Positions 37,118 to 45,781 of a stretch of DNA of 64,000 nucleotides are shown piece by piece. The stretch covers positions 100,435 to 164,434 of the forward strand of contig JAJFKA010000030.1 in NCBI GenBank assembly GCA_021773555.1, given 5' to 3'. The notes under the pieces were generated by a model. The model was given only the letters and a program-made list of their open reading frames with translations. It made no database searches and was not told the origin of the DNA. Source of the DNA: Gammaproteobacteria bacterium. GTDB lineage: Bacteria > Pseudomonadota > Gammaproteobacteria > Pseudomonadales > Azotimanducaceae. Position numbers and translations under genes: made by a program. Within the stretch, counting starts at the first letter, position 1, and each line of letters starts with the position of its first letter.

Positions 37118-38338
37118 ATGAGGACTTTGCAACTCGCCTGGAGAAATCTGTTCCGAAATATCCGCAGGACGGTACTCACCTGCATGCTGATCAGCCTCTC
37201 ACTGACGGCGCTCATTCTCACTGACGGCATCATCCTGGGTATGGTCGAATTGATGGTCGGCGGAATTACCAAGACCATCGCGGGCGAAGTTCAGCTCCAC
37301 AAACGTGGCTTTCTTGATAACTTTGACCCGGATCTGTTTATGGAAAGCCCCGGGCGCAGCCTTCAGTTGCTCGATTCAGAACCAGCCGTATCCGGTTATG
37401 CACCAAGAGTCATTACCGGAGGAATGATTGCGTCTACCTACAATACCGCCGGTGCCCTGATCTATGGCGTTGATGCGGAACGCGAACTGGGGGTCAGTAA
37501 AATCAGCGATGCAATCGTCACCGGAGCTTATCTGTCAGGTGGTGAGCGGGAAATTTTACTCGGCATACCATTGGCAGAAATACTTGAGGTAACACTCGGA
37601 GACAGAATCGTCATCACGGGTGCGGAGGTCGGTACCGGGGAAATAGCGCAAGAGCTGTTCCGGGTAACCGGATTGTTCGAGTTTGGCCCTGATGAGTACG
37701 ACGAACATCTGGTATTCATTAATCTTAGCGCCGCGCAAAAATTGCTGGCCATGAACAACGGGCTACACGAAATTGCAGTTCAGTTTCACGACCCTGAAGA
37801 CGCAAAAAATACGCGGTTGCCCCTTCTCCAACAACTCAATACAGACGATATCGAAGCCCTGGGATGGCTGAATTTCAATGCTTCAGTCGGTGCGATGATC
37901 GAGATGACTAACTATTCAACCCTCATCATCGGCACGGTGCTATTCCTGCTCGCATCACTCGGTGTAATTAATTCGATGTTCATGTCAATTTACGAGCGCA
38001 TCTACGAAATTGGTGTGCTCAAGGCAATTGGCAGTAAACCAAACGACATTATCATGTTGATCCTTTGCGAAGCATTGCTTCTGGCGGTCATCAGCGCAGT
38101 ACTCGGGGCATTGCTGGCGCTCGGGTTAGGTAGCTACTTCGCTGAACACGGTATAGCGCTGGGTGAAGAGCTCGAAATGGAAGGTGTAAATATCACCAAC
38201 ATTCACCCTCGATTCATCGTTTCTCAATTTGTAGCGTTCCCCATTTACGTCACATTACTCACCCTCGCCGCCGCCATCTACCCGGCGAGGTTTGCCTCTC
38301 GAATCATCCCTTCTGAAGCACTTCAAAGGTCACTGTAG
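37118..38338 (+). CDS. ABC transporter permease, FtsX/MacB type (second copy)
   Basis: WRNLFRNIRRT N-terminus, with the same 406-aa architecture as the preceding gene. The ATG is 1 nt after the upstream TGA. Confidence 0.85.
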   Translation: MRTLQLAWRNLFRNIRRTVLTCMLISLSLTALILTDGIILGMVELMVGGITKTIAGEVQLHKRGFLDNFDPDLFMESPGRSLQLLDSEPAVSGYAPRVITGGMIASTYNTAGALIYGVDAERELGVSKISDAIVTGAYLSGGEREILLGIPLAEILEVTLGDRIVITGAEVGTGEIAQELFRVTGLFEFGPDEYDEHLVFINLSAAQKLLAMNNGLHEIAVQFHDPEDAKNTRLPLLQQLNTDDIEALGWLNFNASVGAMIEMTNYSTLIIGTVLFLLASLGVINSMFMSIYERIYEIGVLKAIGSKPNDIIMLILCEALLLAVISAVLGALLALGLGSYFAEHGIALGEELEMEGVNITNIHPRFIVSQFVAFPIYVTLLTLAAAIYPARFASRIIPSEALQRSL

Positions 38339-38347
38339 GAATCTGTT

Positions 38348-39079
38348 ATGAGCAATGCTGTTGAAACCGATCGTGTCGAGCATGATCCCGTTAGGACCAA
38401 TGTTATCGAGACTCGTGAAGTGTGCCGATACTTTGGCACCGAGGAAATGCAGGTAATCGCACTGGATCACGTCTCGCTGACAATCGAGAAGGGTGAGTTT
38501 ACTGCGATCATTGGTCCTTCAGGTTCCGGTAAGACCACCTTGCTTCACCTGATCGGCGGTCTTGATAATCCAAGCAGCGGTACCATTGAATTGAGCGGCG
38601 AAAACATCGCTACTATGTCCGGCACTCAACTCGCCGATTTTCGCCGGGATCATATTGGGTTTATTTTTCAGGCCTATAACCTGATACCGGTGTTGTCTGC
38701 GGAGGAAAATATCGAATACATCATGCTCTTGCAGGGTATCTCCGCCGATCGGCGCAAAAAACGGGTTCAGGAAATGCTGGCGATGGTCGGACTGGAAGGC
38801 ATGGGCGCTCGTCGACCAGCACAATTATCAGGGGGGCAGCAACAGCGAGTCGCAGTCGCCCGCGCGATGGCATCTCATCCGGATATTATTCTTGCTGATG
38901 AACCAACCGCAAATCTGGATACTAAAACCGGTATCAGCCTGCTGGATGTCATGCGTGACCTCAACGAGCAACACAACATGACTTTTGTCTTCTCCACCCA
39001 CGATGAAAAAATCATGGAACGCGCCACACGCTTGATTCACCTGCGGGATGGCGCCGTCGAAAAAGACGAACGAAAGTAG
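38348..39079 (+). CDS. ABC transporter ATP-binding protein (MacB/LolD-like)
   Basis: Walker A GPSGSGKTT, signature LSGGQQQRVAVARA and Walker B ILADEPT. Confidence 0.9.
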   Translation: MSNAVETDRVEHDPVRTNVIETREVCRYFGTEEMQVIALDHVSLTIEKGEFTAIIGPSGSGKTTLLHLIGGLDNPSSGTIELSGENIATMSGTQLADFRRDHIGFIFQAYNLIPVLSAEENIEYIMLLQGISADRRKKRVQEMLAMVGLEGMGARRPAQLSGGQQQRVAVARAMASHPDIILADEPTANLDTKTGISLLDVMRDLNEQHNMTFVFSTHDEKIMERATRLIHLRDGAVEKDERK

Positions 39080-39087
39080 CTTTTCCT

Positions 39088-40269
39088 ATGCGCTACGTTC
39101 TGACACTCGGATTCCTGCTGATCAGCAGTGTCCATTCGGTGGCGGAAACCAGCATCTCCGGTTACTTAAAATCCTTTGCCGTAGGTCAGGACAAGATCAG
39201 TAACCCGGTTTTTAGTGTACCCACGATCTATCAGTCCCAAAACAGCCTCCGACTTAAATTCGAAAACTTTGAAGGAAGCACAGCGTGGCAACTGCACTAT
39301 GAAATCAGCAGCTTGTTACAATCTCGCCAGCTACCTTCGAGCGGCACGACATTTAATGTCGTCAGCGATAGCTATCGACTCACAGATCTGGACCCTGATC
39401 TTAGCGCTGACAATCAGAAGAACAAAACGTACCAGAATCTGGATCGGCTGAATTATCAATGGCGATTCAGTCATGGCGATCTAACGGTTGGCCGACAGGC
39501 GATTTCCTTTGGTTCAGCCAGGATAATTAACCCGACTGATGTTTTTTTACCTTTCGACGTGCAGACCTTCAACACCGAATATCGAACCGGTGTGGACGCC
39601 ATTCGTTACCAACATCCGCTCGGTGACCTGGGCGAAGTGGATCTCGGGGTCGTGCTTGGCAAAGGTGCAAAGGCTGAACACTCAGCCGTGTTCATGCAAC
39701 TGCGAGGTAATATGGACGGCAAGGATCTGCTGTTCGCCTACAGCCGATTTTCACAACAAACCATGTTTGGAGTGGGTGTTCAGAGCGCCCTGGCTGACTT
39801 CGGCACCTGGTTTGAAGCAGCCATCGTGACCGGCGATGTGGACTATACACGGATGTCACTGGGACTGGACTATGCGTTTACAGAAAACACCTTTGCCATG
39901 ATTGAGTATCACTACAATGGAGCCGGTTCTGACACTCCCGCTGAATATCTGGGATCACGCGACTCGGTTCCGTATACTCGCGGCGGAGTTTTTTTGTTAG
40001 GAACACAATACGTCATCCCGACATTTTCAGTGCAGTTCTCGCCGCTCTTGAATGGTGCTATTCAGGCGATTTACAATATTAGCGACCACTCCGCCTTCCT
40101 GTCTGCGTCGACAGAGTTTAACGTCGCTGAAAATTTCTATGTGGACTTTGGCGCATACTTCTTCATCGGAAAAGCGCTGACCCGGCAGACATCGGGAGTG
40201 CCCCTTTTGCTCTCAGAATATGGTTCGAACCCGAACACGGTCTACGCAAGCATTCGCTATTACTTCTAG
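39088..40269 (+). CDS. outer-membrane beta-barrel, alginate-export-like
   Basis: Signal peptide (VHSVA-E), LTVGRQAISFGSARIINPTD motif reminiscent of the alginate-export porin family, and a terminal ...IRYYF. Confidence 0.6.
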   Translation: MRYVLTLGFLLISSVHSVAETSISGYLKSFAVGQDKISNPVFSVPTIYQSQNSLRLKFENFEGSTAWQLHYEISSLLQSRQLPSSGTTFNVVSDSYRLTDLDPDLSADNQKNKTYQNLDRLNYQWRFSHGDLTVGRQAISFGSARIINPTDVFLPFDVQTFNTEYRTGVDAIRYQHPLGDLGEVDLGVVLGKGAKAEHSAVFMQLRGNMDGKDLLFAYSRFSQQTMFGVGVQSALADFGTWFEAAIVTGDVDYTRMSLGLDYAFTENTFAMIEYHYNGAGSDTPAEYLGSRDSVPYTRGGVFLLGTQYVIPTFSVQFSPLLNGAIQAIYNISDHSAFLSASTEFNVAENFYVDFGAYFFIGKALTRQTSGVPLLLSEYGSNPNTVYASIRYYF

Positions 40270-40295
40270 CCACTGCGCAATGGAACGACGGTTCG

Positions 40296-42716
40296 TTAAA
40301 CCTCGGGCGGGTTTCGCACCAGACCTTCCGGTAACATCGTTCGGACAATACGCTCAACAACCACAATTTCATTGCTGACTGGATCTCGCACGACAATGTC
40401 TGAGACCTGCTCCAGGGCATCCTGGCTTAAGGTAAATTGAAAATTTCGGGCACGGTTAAGAGCCACCAGGCCAACGTTGACCTCTGCCTTTCTTTTATCA
40501 AGTGATTTGCCGACAACCATGGCTTCGGTAAAAAGCGCTTCACTCAGTGCGTCTTTACCGACGCGCCCGGCTAATCGAGCGAACAGGCTCAACATGAGCC
40601 CCCGATCTCCCGCATCTGCGATCCGGCGCACCCTGCTGACCGCTCGATCAATACGCCCACTGGCTTCTGCAATCCGGTGCGTGTGTACGAACTGGGCGAT
40701 CAGGCGTGCTTCGAGGCGAGACACCTCAAGATCACTCTGCAAATTCTCCATGATCGACATGGCTTCATAATAACGGGACTCCGCCAGCAACGACTCGGCA
40801 AGTTTGGCGAGTAACTGCTGTCGACCCTTGCCCTGGCTTGCATTGCTGATCGCAAGCTCAGCACCGGGAAAATCACCCATATAGCCCCGGGCAATGGCAA
40901 TTTTCCCGAAAACCGCCGACCTGGCCCCGGGTTCCAGACGGGTCGCTGCAAGGATCTCTGCTTCAGCCAGAATTTTGTTCGCAAGGGTTGTATTGCGCAC
41001 ATCGTAATAGCCTCTTGCGATGGTGGTAAATGCAGAAATTCGCTCGCCAGTGTCTTTAATACGACCAGCGAAATTAGTGGCCAGTGCAAAATGCTGCCTG
41101 GCTTTGGGTCGCGCTCCCTGGATCATGTAGGCGACAGCCAGACGGGTATGAATCGCTGACGACTCCATGGGGTTTGACGCGTTCTTTGCCATCGCCTCTA
41201 CCCTTGAAAATGCCGCACTCGGCTCGGACTTAGCGCCGTAGGCAGACAGTGTCTGGCCAAGCGTAATCAGTGCATTGGCCCGACGCCCCTTATCTTCTAC
41301 CTTATCAAGTTCCGTGCGAATTCTGGCGTTGAGCAGTTTCACTTCCTGGAGATTATTCTCCACCATGTGACTGGTAATGACCTCGGAGAGCGCTGCAACC
41401 TTTGCCAGCGGATTTCTGATCTGATCGGCGAGCATTGAAGCCTTGTCGTACTCGGCATTGTTTAAATAGCCACGGACATATTCAACCAACAGAAGATCCC
41501 ATTCAGGATCACGGGAGAGTGAATTCATCAGATCGACCACCATCGAACCGTCCATCTCATCGATTGCCTCGACAATGAGATCAGGACCATCCGGCGACAA
41601 TGGATCCGGAGTCAGTCTTTTTTCAGCGAACGCAGCGAGTAGTAATTCATGGCCATCTTCCAGCAGCGGCCGCGAGATTGACGCGAGGGTTTCAGGATCA
41701 AAGTTCACCGAACCGGTTAGTCCGGCAATACCGCCTATCGTATCAAGGTTCACGGCAATCGGCCCGGCATCTCCCTCGGCAGGTTTAGCAAAGCCCTGGA
41801 CACGCTGTGCATCCATGGCCGACGCAACAAATTTTTCCGGCTCAGCGCCTTTCATCATCTGTTGGGCTGCATTAATGATGGCTTCCCTGGCCGCGGGGCC
41901 CTGCCCGCGCATCACCTCGGATACGTTCGCAATCTCCGCCACAACCTGCTCGTTCCCGGATTTCTTCAGTTGCACCGCAGCACCAACCAGCGGTGCAATC
42001 TCCTGAATTTCAGCACTTGGCAGTGCCACGATAAGTTCCTCCCGGACCTGGCGATCCAGAAACGCGTCAACGTAGTAAAACGCCACACCCGTGGCCATCA
42101 CAATCACGGCACTGACCGCGAAACTCAGGGAAACAGGATATCGCTCAAAAAAGAGCCAGGCCGCACTGGGGGTTTTTAAGCCCAGTTCCTTCATGATCTC
42201 CCGCTCTAACTTGCGCAGTCGTTCCAGTTCGGCCTTTTTGCGATCAAATTCTGTGCTGCTGTCATCTTTCAGTCGGGCTTCTCTCAGCAGACGACGTCGG
42301 ATTTTTTCTTTCTCTGCTTCCTCGGCGATCTTTTCGGCCCATTTGGCAATCACCAGGCCGCATTTAGGGCACTGTGCCAGGCTGCTGCCAATTTCAACTT
42401 CTTCCTCATGTTCGCACGAGGGGCACATGAACATTTCCGTTGTCTGACCAGCAGGTTTAGGCATAAGCGACAGACTGTCTTTGCCCGTGGGCCGGATTTC
42501 GCACTGCGCGCCACAGTTCAGAATTGCCTTGACGTAGCGATCGGCGACCTCCTGATCCACCTCTTTCAGAATCGTGGTGGGTTCAGCGGAACCGAACCAT
42601 TCGTCCACCTTCGATTCCTCAACACGCAATGTCTTGATCAGTTTCTCTTTGACCACAGAAGCGTCTTGTCCTTCCTGCACATTCGGGAATATTAGTAGGT
42701 CTACGCTTTCGGTCAT
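40296..42716 (-). CDS. hypothetical 806-aa protein: small N-domain, CxxC..CxxC zinc ribbon, coiled coil, one TM, long helical-repeat region
   Basis: CPSCEHEEEV...CPKCG ribbon, KEKIRRRLLREARLK... coiled coil, TM VSLSFAVSAVIVMATGVAFYYV, then about 570 aa of TPR-like helical repeats. Confidence 0.6.
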   Translation of the reverse strand: MTESVDLLIFPNVQEGQDASVVKEKLIKTLRVEESKVDEWFGSAEPTTILKEVDQEVADRYVKAILNCGAQCEIRPTGKDSLSLMPKPAGQTTEMFMCPSCEHEEEVEIGSSLAQCPKCGLVIAKWAEKIAEEAEKEKIRRRLLREARLKDDSSTEFDRKKAELERLRKLEREIMKELGLKTPSAAWLFFERYPVSLSFAVSAVIVMATGVAFYYVDAFLDRQVREELIVALPSAEIQEIAPLVGAAVQLKKSGNEQVVAEIANVSEVMRGQGPAAREAIINAAQQMMKGAEPEKFVASAMDAQRVQGFAKPAEGDAGPIAVNLDTIGGIAGLTGSVNFDPETLASISRPLLEDGHELLLAAFAEKRLTPDPLSPDGPDLIVEAIDEMDGSMVVDLMNSLSRDPEWDLLLVEYVRGYLNNAEYDKASMLADQIRNPLAKVAALSEVITSHMVENNLQEVKLLNARIRTELDKVEDKGRRANALITLGQTLSAYGAKSEPSAAFSRVEAMAKNASNPMESSAIHTRLAVAYMIQGARPKARQHFALATNFAGRIKDTGERISAFTTIARGYYDVRNTTLANKILAEAEILAATRLEPGARSAVFGKIAIARGYMGDFPGAELAISNASQGKGRQQLLAKLAESLLAESRYYEAMSIMENLQSDLEVSRLEARLIAQFVHTHRIAEASGRIDRAVSRVRRIADAGDRGLMLSLFARLAGRVGKDALSEALFTEAMVVGKSLDKRKAEVNVGLVALNRARNFQFTLSQDALEQVSDIVVRDPVSNEIVVVERIVRTMLPEGLVRNPPEV

Positions 42717-42858
42717 GCTCTAACTACCTGAATTTATTATCAATTGTACGGGCCACACCCCCGGCTGATCACATATTATTACCCGGGTTGGAAATTTCAA
42801 GCTGCGTCGCAGCTATTTGCGGGCTTCCCATCGCTTTGCCGAAGATTGCTGGAAGCAC

Positions 42859-43776
42859 TCACTCGATGGAATCCCAGAATGCCCTGATTATGGGCGAACC
42901 GGCGAGACTGCTGCGCCGGGTACAGAAACCCACATCAAAATCCGCCAGCGGCGGTCCTGACGGCACAATCCTGACCTTGCTCGCGAGCGGGCTTTCCCGA
43001 ATCACCAGTTGCGGGACAAAGCCCACACCACAACCCAGGGCGACCAGAGACAATATCGCCTCATTTCCGGCGACCTCAGCATAAATATTCGGCCGAATGC
43101 CCTGGCGCGTAAACCAGATATCAATATTTTCACGGGCTTGCCCGACGCTCGGCAAAATAAGTGGCACTCTTGACCAGTCAATGTTACCCGCCAGCATCCC
43201 ATCCATTTCCGGTGCGTCGACTGGCGCCACAGTGAGGATCGGAATAGCCGTAATGATTCGTTTGATGAGTTGTGCGTCCTCTTCCGGCGACAAGGCCGCA
43301 ACCACCACATCACATCCCTCGTAAAGTTTCTTTAACGCATTAACTGCATAACCGGTTTCCAGTTGTATGTGAATGCCCGAATACTCCTGCCGGAACCGGG
43401 ACAGCACGTTGGGCAGGATACTCTGACTTGCGGTCACAGATGAGAACAGCGTCAGTCTGCCGGTCAGTTCCCCATCATGTTCGCCGAGTTCCCGATTAAG
43501 AAGGTCGGTACGGTCCAGAACATCAGTGGCGTAGCGATGGAATATTTCACCTTCGGCGGTCAGCGATACAGATCGATTGTCACGAATGAATAACTTGTGA
43601 CCGACAATTTCTTCCAGCCGCTGAATGCTTCGACTCACCGCGGAGGGACTCATGTGGTTTTCGACACCTGCATTGCCAAAGTGCAGGTGACGACACAGGG
43701 AAGTGAATAGCTTGAGTTGGTGTGTATCCACGAGAACCGCTTCTCCCGCCCAGTATCGTAGTTGCAAAATCTGCAT
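42859..43776 (-). CDS. LysR-family transcriptional regulator (IlvY-like by recalled alignment)
   Basis: HTH ...HMSPSAVSRSIQRLEE..., FIRDNRSVSLTAEGE, and C-terminal ...GCGVGFVPQLVIRESP... colinear with E. coli IlvY as I recall it. The GTG at 43731 is the more likely start. Confidence 0.8.
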   Translation of the reverse strand: MQILQLRYWAGEAVLVDTHQLKLFTSLCRHLHFGNAGVENHMSPSAVSRSIQRLEEIVGHKLFIRDNRSVSLTAEGEIFHRYATDVLDRTDLLNRELGEHDGELTGRLTLFSSVTASQSILPNVLSRFRQEYSGIHIQLETGYAVNALKKLYEGCDVVVAALSPEEDAQLIKRIITAIPILTVAPVDAPEMDGMLAGNIDWSRVPLILPSVGQARENIDIWFTRQGIRPNIYAEVAGNEAILSLVALGCGVGFVPQLVIRESPLASKVRIVPSGPPLADFDVGFCTRRSSLAGSPIIRAFWDSIE

Positions 43777-43897
43777 CCTATCATAGCTGACAACGTGAAT
43801 ATCGCAATCGCACAGTTCTGTGAATAACGCCTATTCAAGACTGGTTTTCTCAGCATAACCTGCTCAAAATAACCCGCTTAGTAATACGGATGGACCT

Positions 43898-45028
43898 ATG
43901 ACCACGACGCACCTGCTTCACAAGATTCACGGTCAGTTCAAAATGCGCAACGGTTCAATCACCGATCCGGTGATCGCATATGAAACCTGGGGTGAACTTA
44001 ATTTCCGACAAGACAATGCGATCCTGTTGTTCACTGGTCTGTCACCGTCAGCGCACGCTGCCTCCTCAAGCAGCAATCCTTCCGCCGGCTGGTGGGAGCA
44101 GATGCTCGGAGAAGGCAAGCCAATTGATACCCACAAGTACTATGTAATCTGTGTCAACTCCCTGGGCAGTTGCTATGGTTCTACAGGTCCCGCCAGCATC
44201 AATCCGCAGAGCGGACAACGATATCGTCTGGATTTCCCCATCATCACCATTGAGGACATCGCAAGGGCTGGACAATCCGTGGTCGAATCATTGGGACTGA
44301 CACGGTTGCATGCCGTTGTTGGTGCATCCATGGGTGGTATGACCGCCCTGGCGCACAGCATCCTGTTCCCACAAATTGCCGAAGCCCTGGTGTCAATCTC
44401 CGCCACGGCCAGGGCAGGTCCCTACTCCATTGCGGTGCGCTCGATCCAGCGTGAATGCATACGCCGGGACCCATTGTGGGACAACGGTAACTACACGGCG
44501 GATGCCGAGCCGGTCAACGGCATGCTCATGGCACGAAAGCTTGGCATGATGAGCTATCGCAGTGCGGCAGAATTCGAAGCCCGTTTTGGTCGCGAGATGA
44601 TCCCGGAAGAGCGCCAGAGCGGTGATCCCTTCGGCATTGATTTCGAAGTTGAATCCTACCTGGATGCGCACGCTCGAAAATTCATCGGCACCTTCGATGC
44701 CAATTGCTATCTGTACCTGTCCCGTGCCATGGATCTGTTTGACATCGCAGAACATGGTGGCTCCGTGGAGGCCGCGTTAAAAACCGCCGGTGCCAAACGC
44801 GTATTGGTCATGGGCGTGACCACTGATTCACTATTTCCCGTGGCTCAGCAACAACGTATCGCCGATGGACTGAACGATGGCAAGCGAGAAGTCGCCTTTC
44901 ATGCACTGAACTCTATCCAGGGCCATGACGCATTCCTCGTTGATATGGATAGTTTCCGCCCGATTCTATGCGACTTCTTTAACTGTACAATGAATCAGCC
45001 GGGCAAACTTCGCAGTACAGGACAGTAA
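43898..45028 (+). CDS. metX: MetX-family homoserine O-acyltransferase-like alpha/beta hydrolase
   Basis: NAILLFTGLSPSAH, GWWEQMLGEGKPIDT, NSLGSCYGSTGP and GASMGGM nucleophile elbow. Confidence 0.8.
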   Translation: MTTTHLLHKIHGQFKMRNGSITDPVIAYETWGELNFRQDNAILLFTGLSPSAHAASSSSNPSAGWWEQMLGEGKPIDTHKYYVICVNSLGSCYGSTGPASINPQSGQRYRLDFPIITIEDIARAGQSVVESLGLTRLHAVVGASMGGMTALAHSILFPQIAEALVSISATARAGPYSIAVRSIQRECIRRDPLWDNGNYTADAEPVNGMLMARKLGMMSYRSAAEFEARFGREMIPEERQSGDPFGIDFEVESYLDAHARKFIGTFDANCYLYLSRAMDLFDIAEHGGSVEAALKTAGAKRVLVMGVTTDSLFPVAQQQRIADGLNDGKREVAFHALNSIQGHDAFLVDMDSFRPILCDFFNCTMNQPGKLRSTGQ

Positions 45029-45075
45029 CTTTAGCGAGCATTAGTCGCCATAGCACAGGTTCATCTAAACAGAAT

Positions 45076-45103
45076 TTGTTGAGACGGAATCATTCTTTAA
45101 CAT
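45076..45103 (+). promoter_or_regulatory. candidate sigma-70 promoter of the putative sRNA
   Basis: TTGTTG (45076-45081), 16 nt, then TAACAT (45098-45103). Confidence 0.25.
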
Positions 45104-45109
45104 TTGAGC

Positions 45110-45287
45110 GCAGGCCGCGTAAGGTTACCTAAGGATCGAAAGATCCTATCCGGCGGCCAACTAAATCCGCCGTAGTACGAAAGACGCCAAGGTCAAAATT
45201 CCCCTGGAATGCTTGGAGTCGTGAAGTACTAACCACGGGAAACACGTGTTCCACCGTAAGCCTCGCTTTATGCGGGGCTTTCTTTTT
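45110..45287 (+). ncRNA. candidate small RNA of about 175 nt, or a structured metX 3' UTR
   Basis: No ORF. Hairpins GGATC-GAAA-GATCC (45133-45146), CGGCGG-N10-CCGCCG (45151-45172) and GGAAACACGTGTTCC (45238-45252), ending in an intrinsic terminator. Confidence 0.3.
45258..45287 (+). terminator. rho-independent terminator
   Basis: GCCTCGC-TTTAT-GCGGGGC stem-loop (one G-U pair) followed by TTTCTTTTT. Confidence 0.7.
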
Positions 45288-45320
45288 GTGTCGGAACCGG
45301 CCAGATCACCGGTCCTGCCG

Positions 45321-45764
45321 TCAGGGTTTTAAACTGGTGTAGCCCGCACCAATTTCTTCGATCAGGAATGCCGCGCCGGTGGGTACTATCGTCATGTCAG
45401 GCAGCAGTTTTGGTCGGATTCCATCGCGTTGCGCCATCGAGTCCAGGGTATTTTTGCAGATATAAAAACGTACGCCATTGTCCTGCAGGCTCCTGATGCG
45501 TTCTTTGTCAGGATTATCCGACGCCAGAAACAACTCAACACCCTCCCTGAATGCCACTACCTCGATATCAATCATATCTGGCCCGCCATAATGGCGTATC
45601 AGGTTGTTAGCGATGTCCAGCAGTGCTGATTGCGTCTCTGAATCATTGCGATCAATTTGGAATATGACGAATTGCTCCGCGAACGGTTTCGCGTCCTTGT
45701 CAGCACCCAGCACACCAGGTGAATGAGAAATCATTACCAGAAATGTTATGCAAAATATTTTCAT
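45321..45764 (-). CDS. DsrE/DsrF-like sulfur-relay family protein with signal peptide
   Basis: 147 aa, signal peptide, and a DsrE-like alpha/beta pattern (FVIFQIDRND..., VRFYICKNTL). Last gene of the sox string. Confidence 0.6.
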   Translation of the reverse strand: MKIFCITFLVMISHSPGVLGADKDAKPFAEQFVIFQIDRNDSETQSALLDIANNLIRHYGGPDMIDIEVVAFREGVELFLASDNPDKERIRSLQDNGVRFYICKNTLDSMAQRDGIRPKLLPDMTIVPTGAAFLIEEIGAGYTSLKP

Positions 45765-45781
45765 GTCAGTCCTTGTATCAA

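Noticed and set aside
45110-45287. The candidate sRNA as a CsrB/RsmY/RsmZ-type CsrA sponge.
   Set aside because: It has only about four GGA motifs in about 150 nt, against roughly two expected by chance. Most are not in hairpin loops. I found no palindromic GacA/UvrY box (TGTAAG-N6-CTTACA) upstream.
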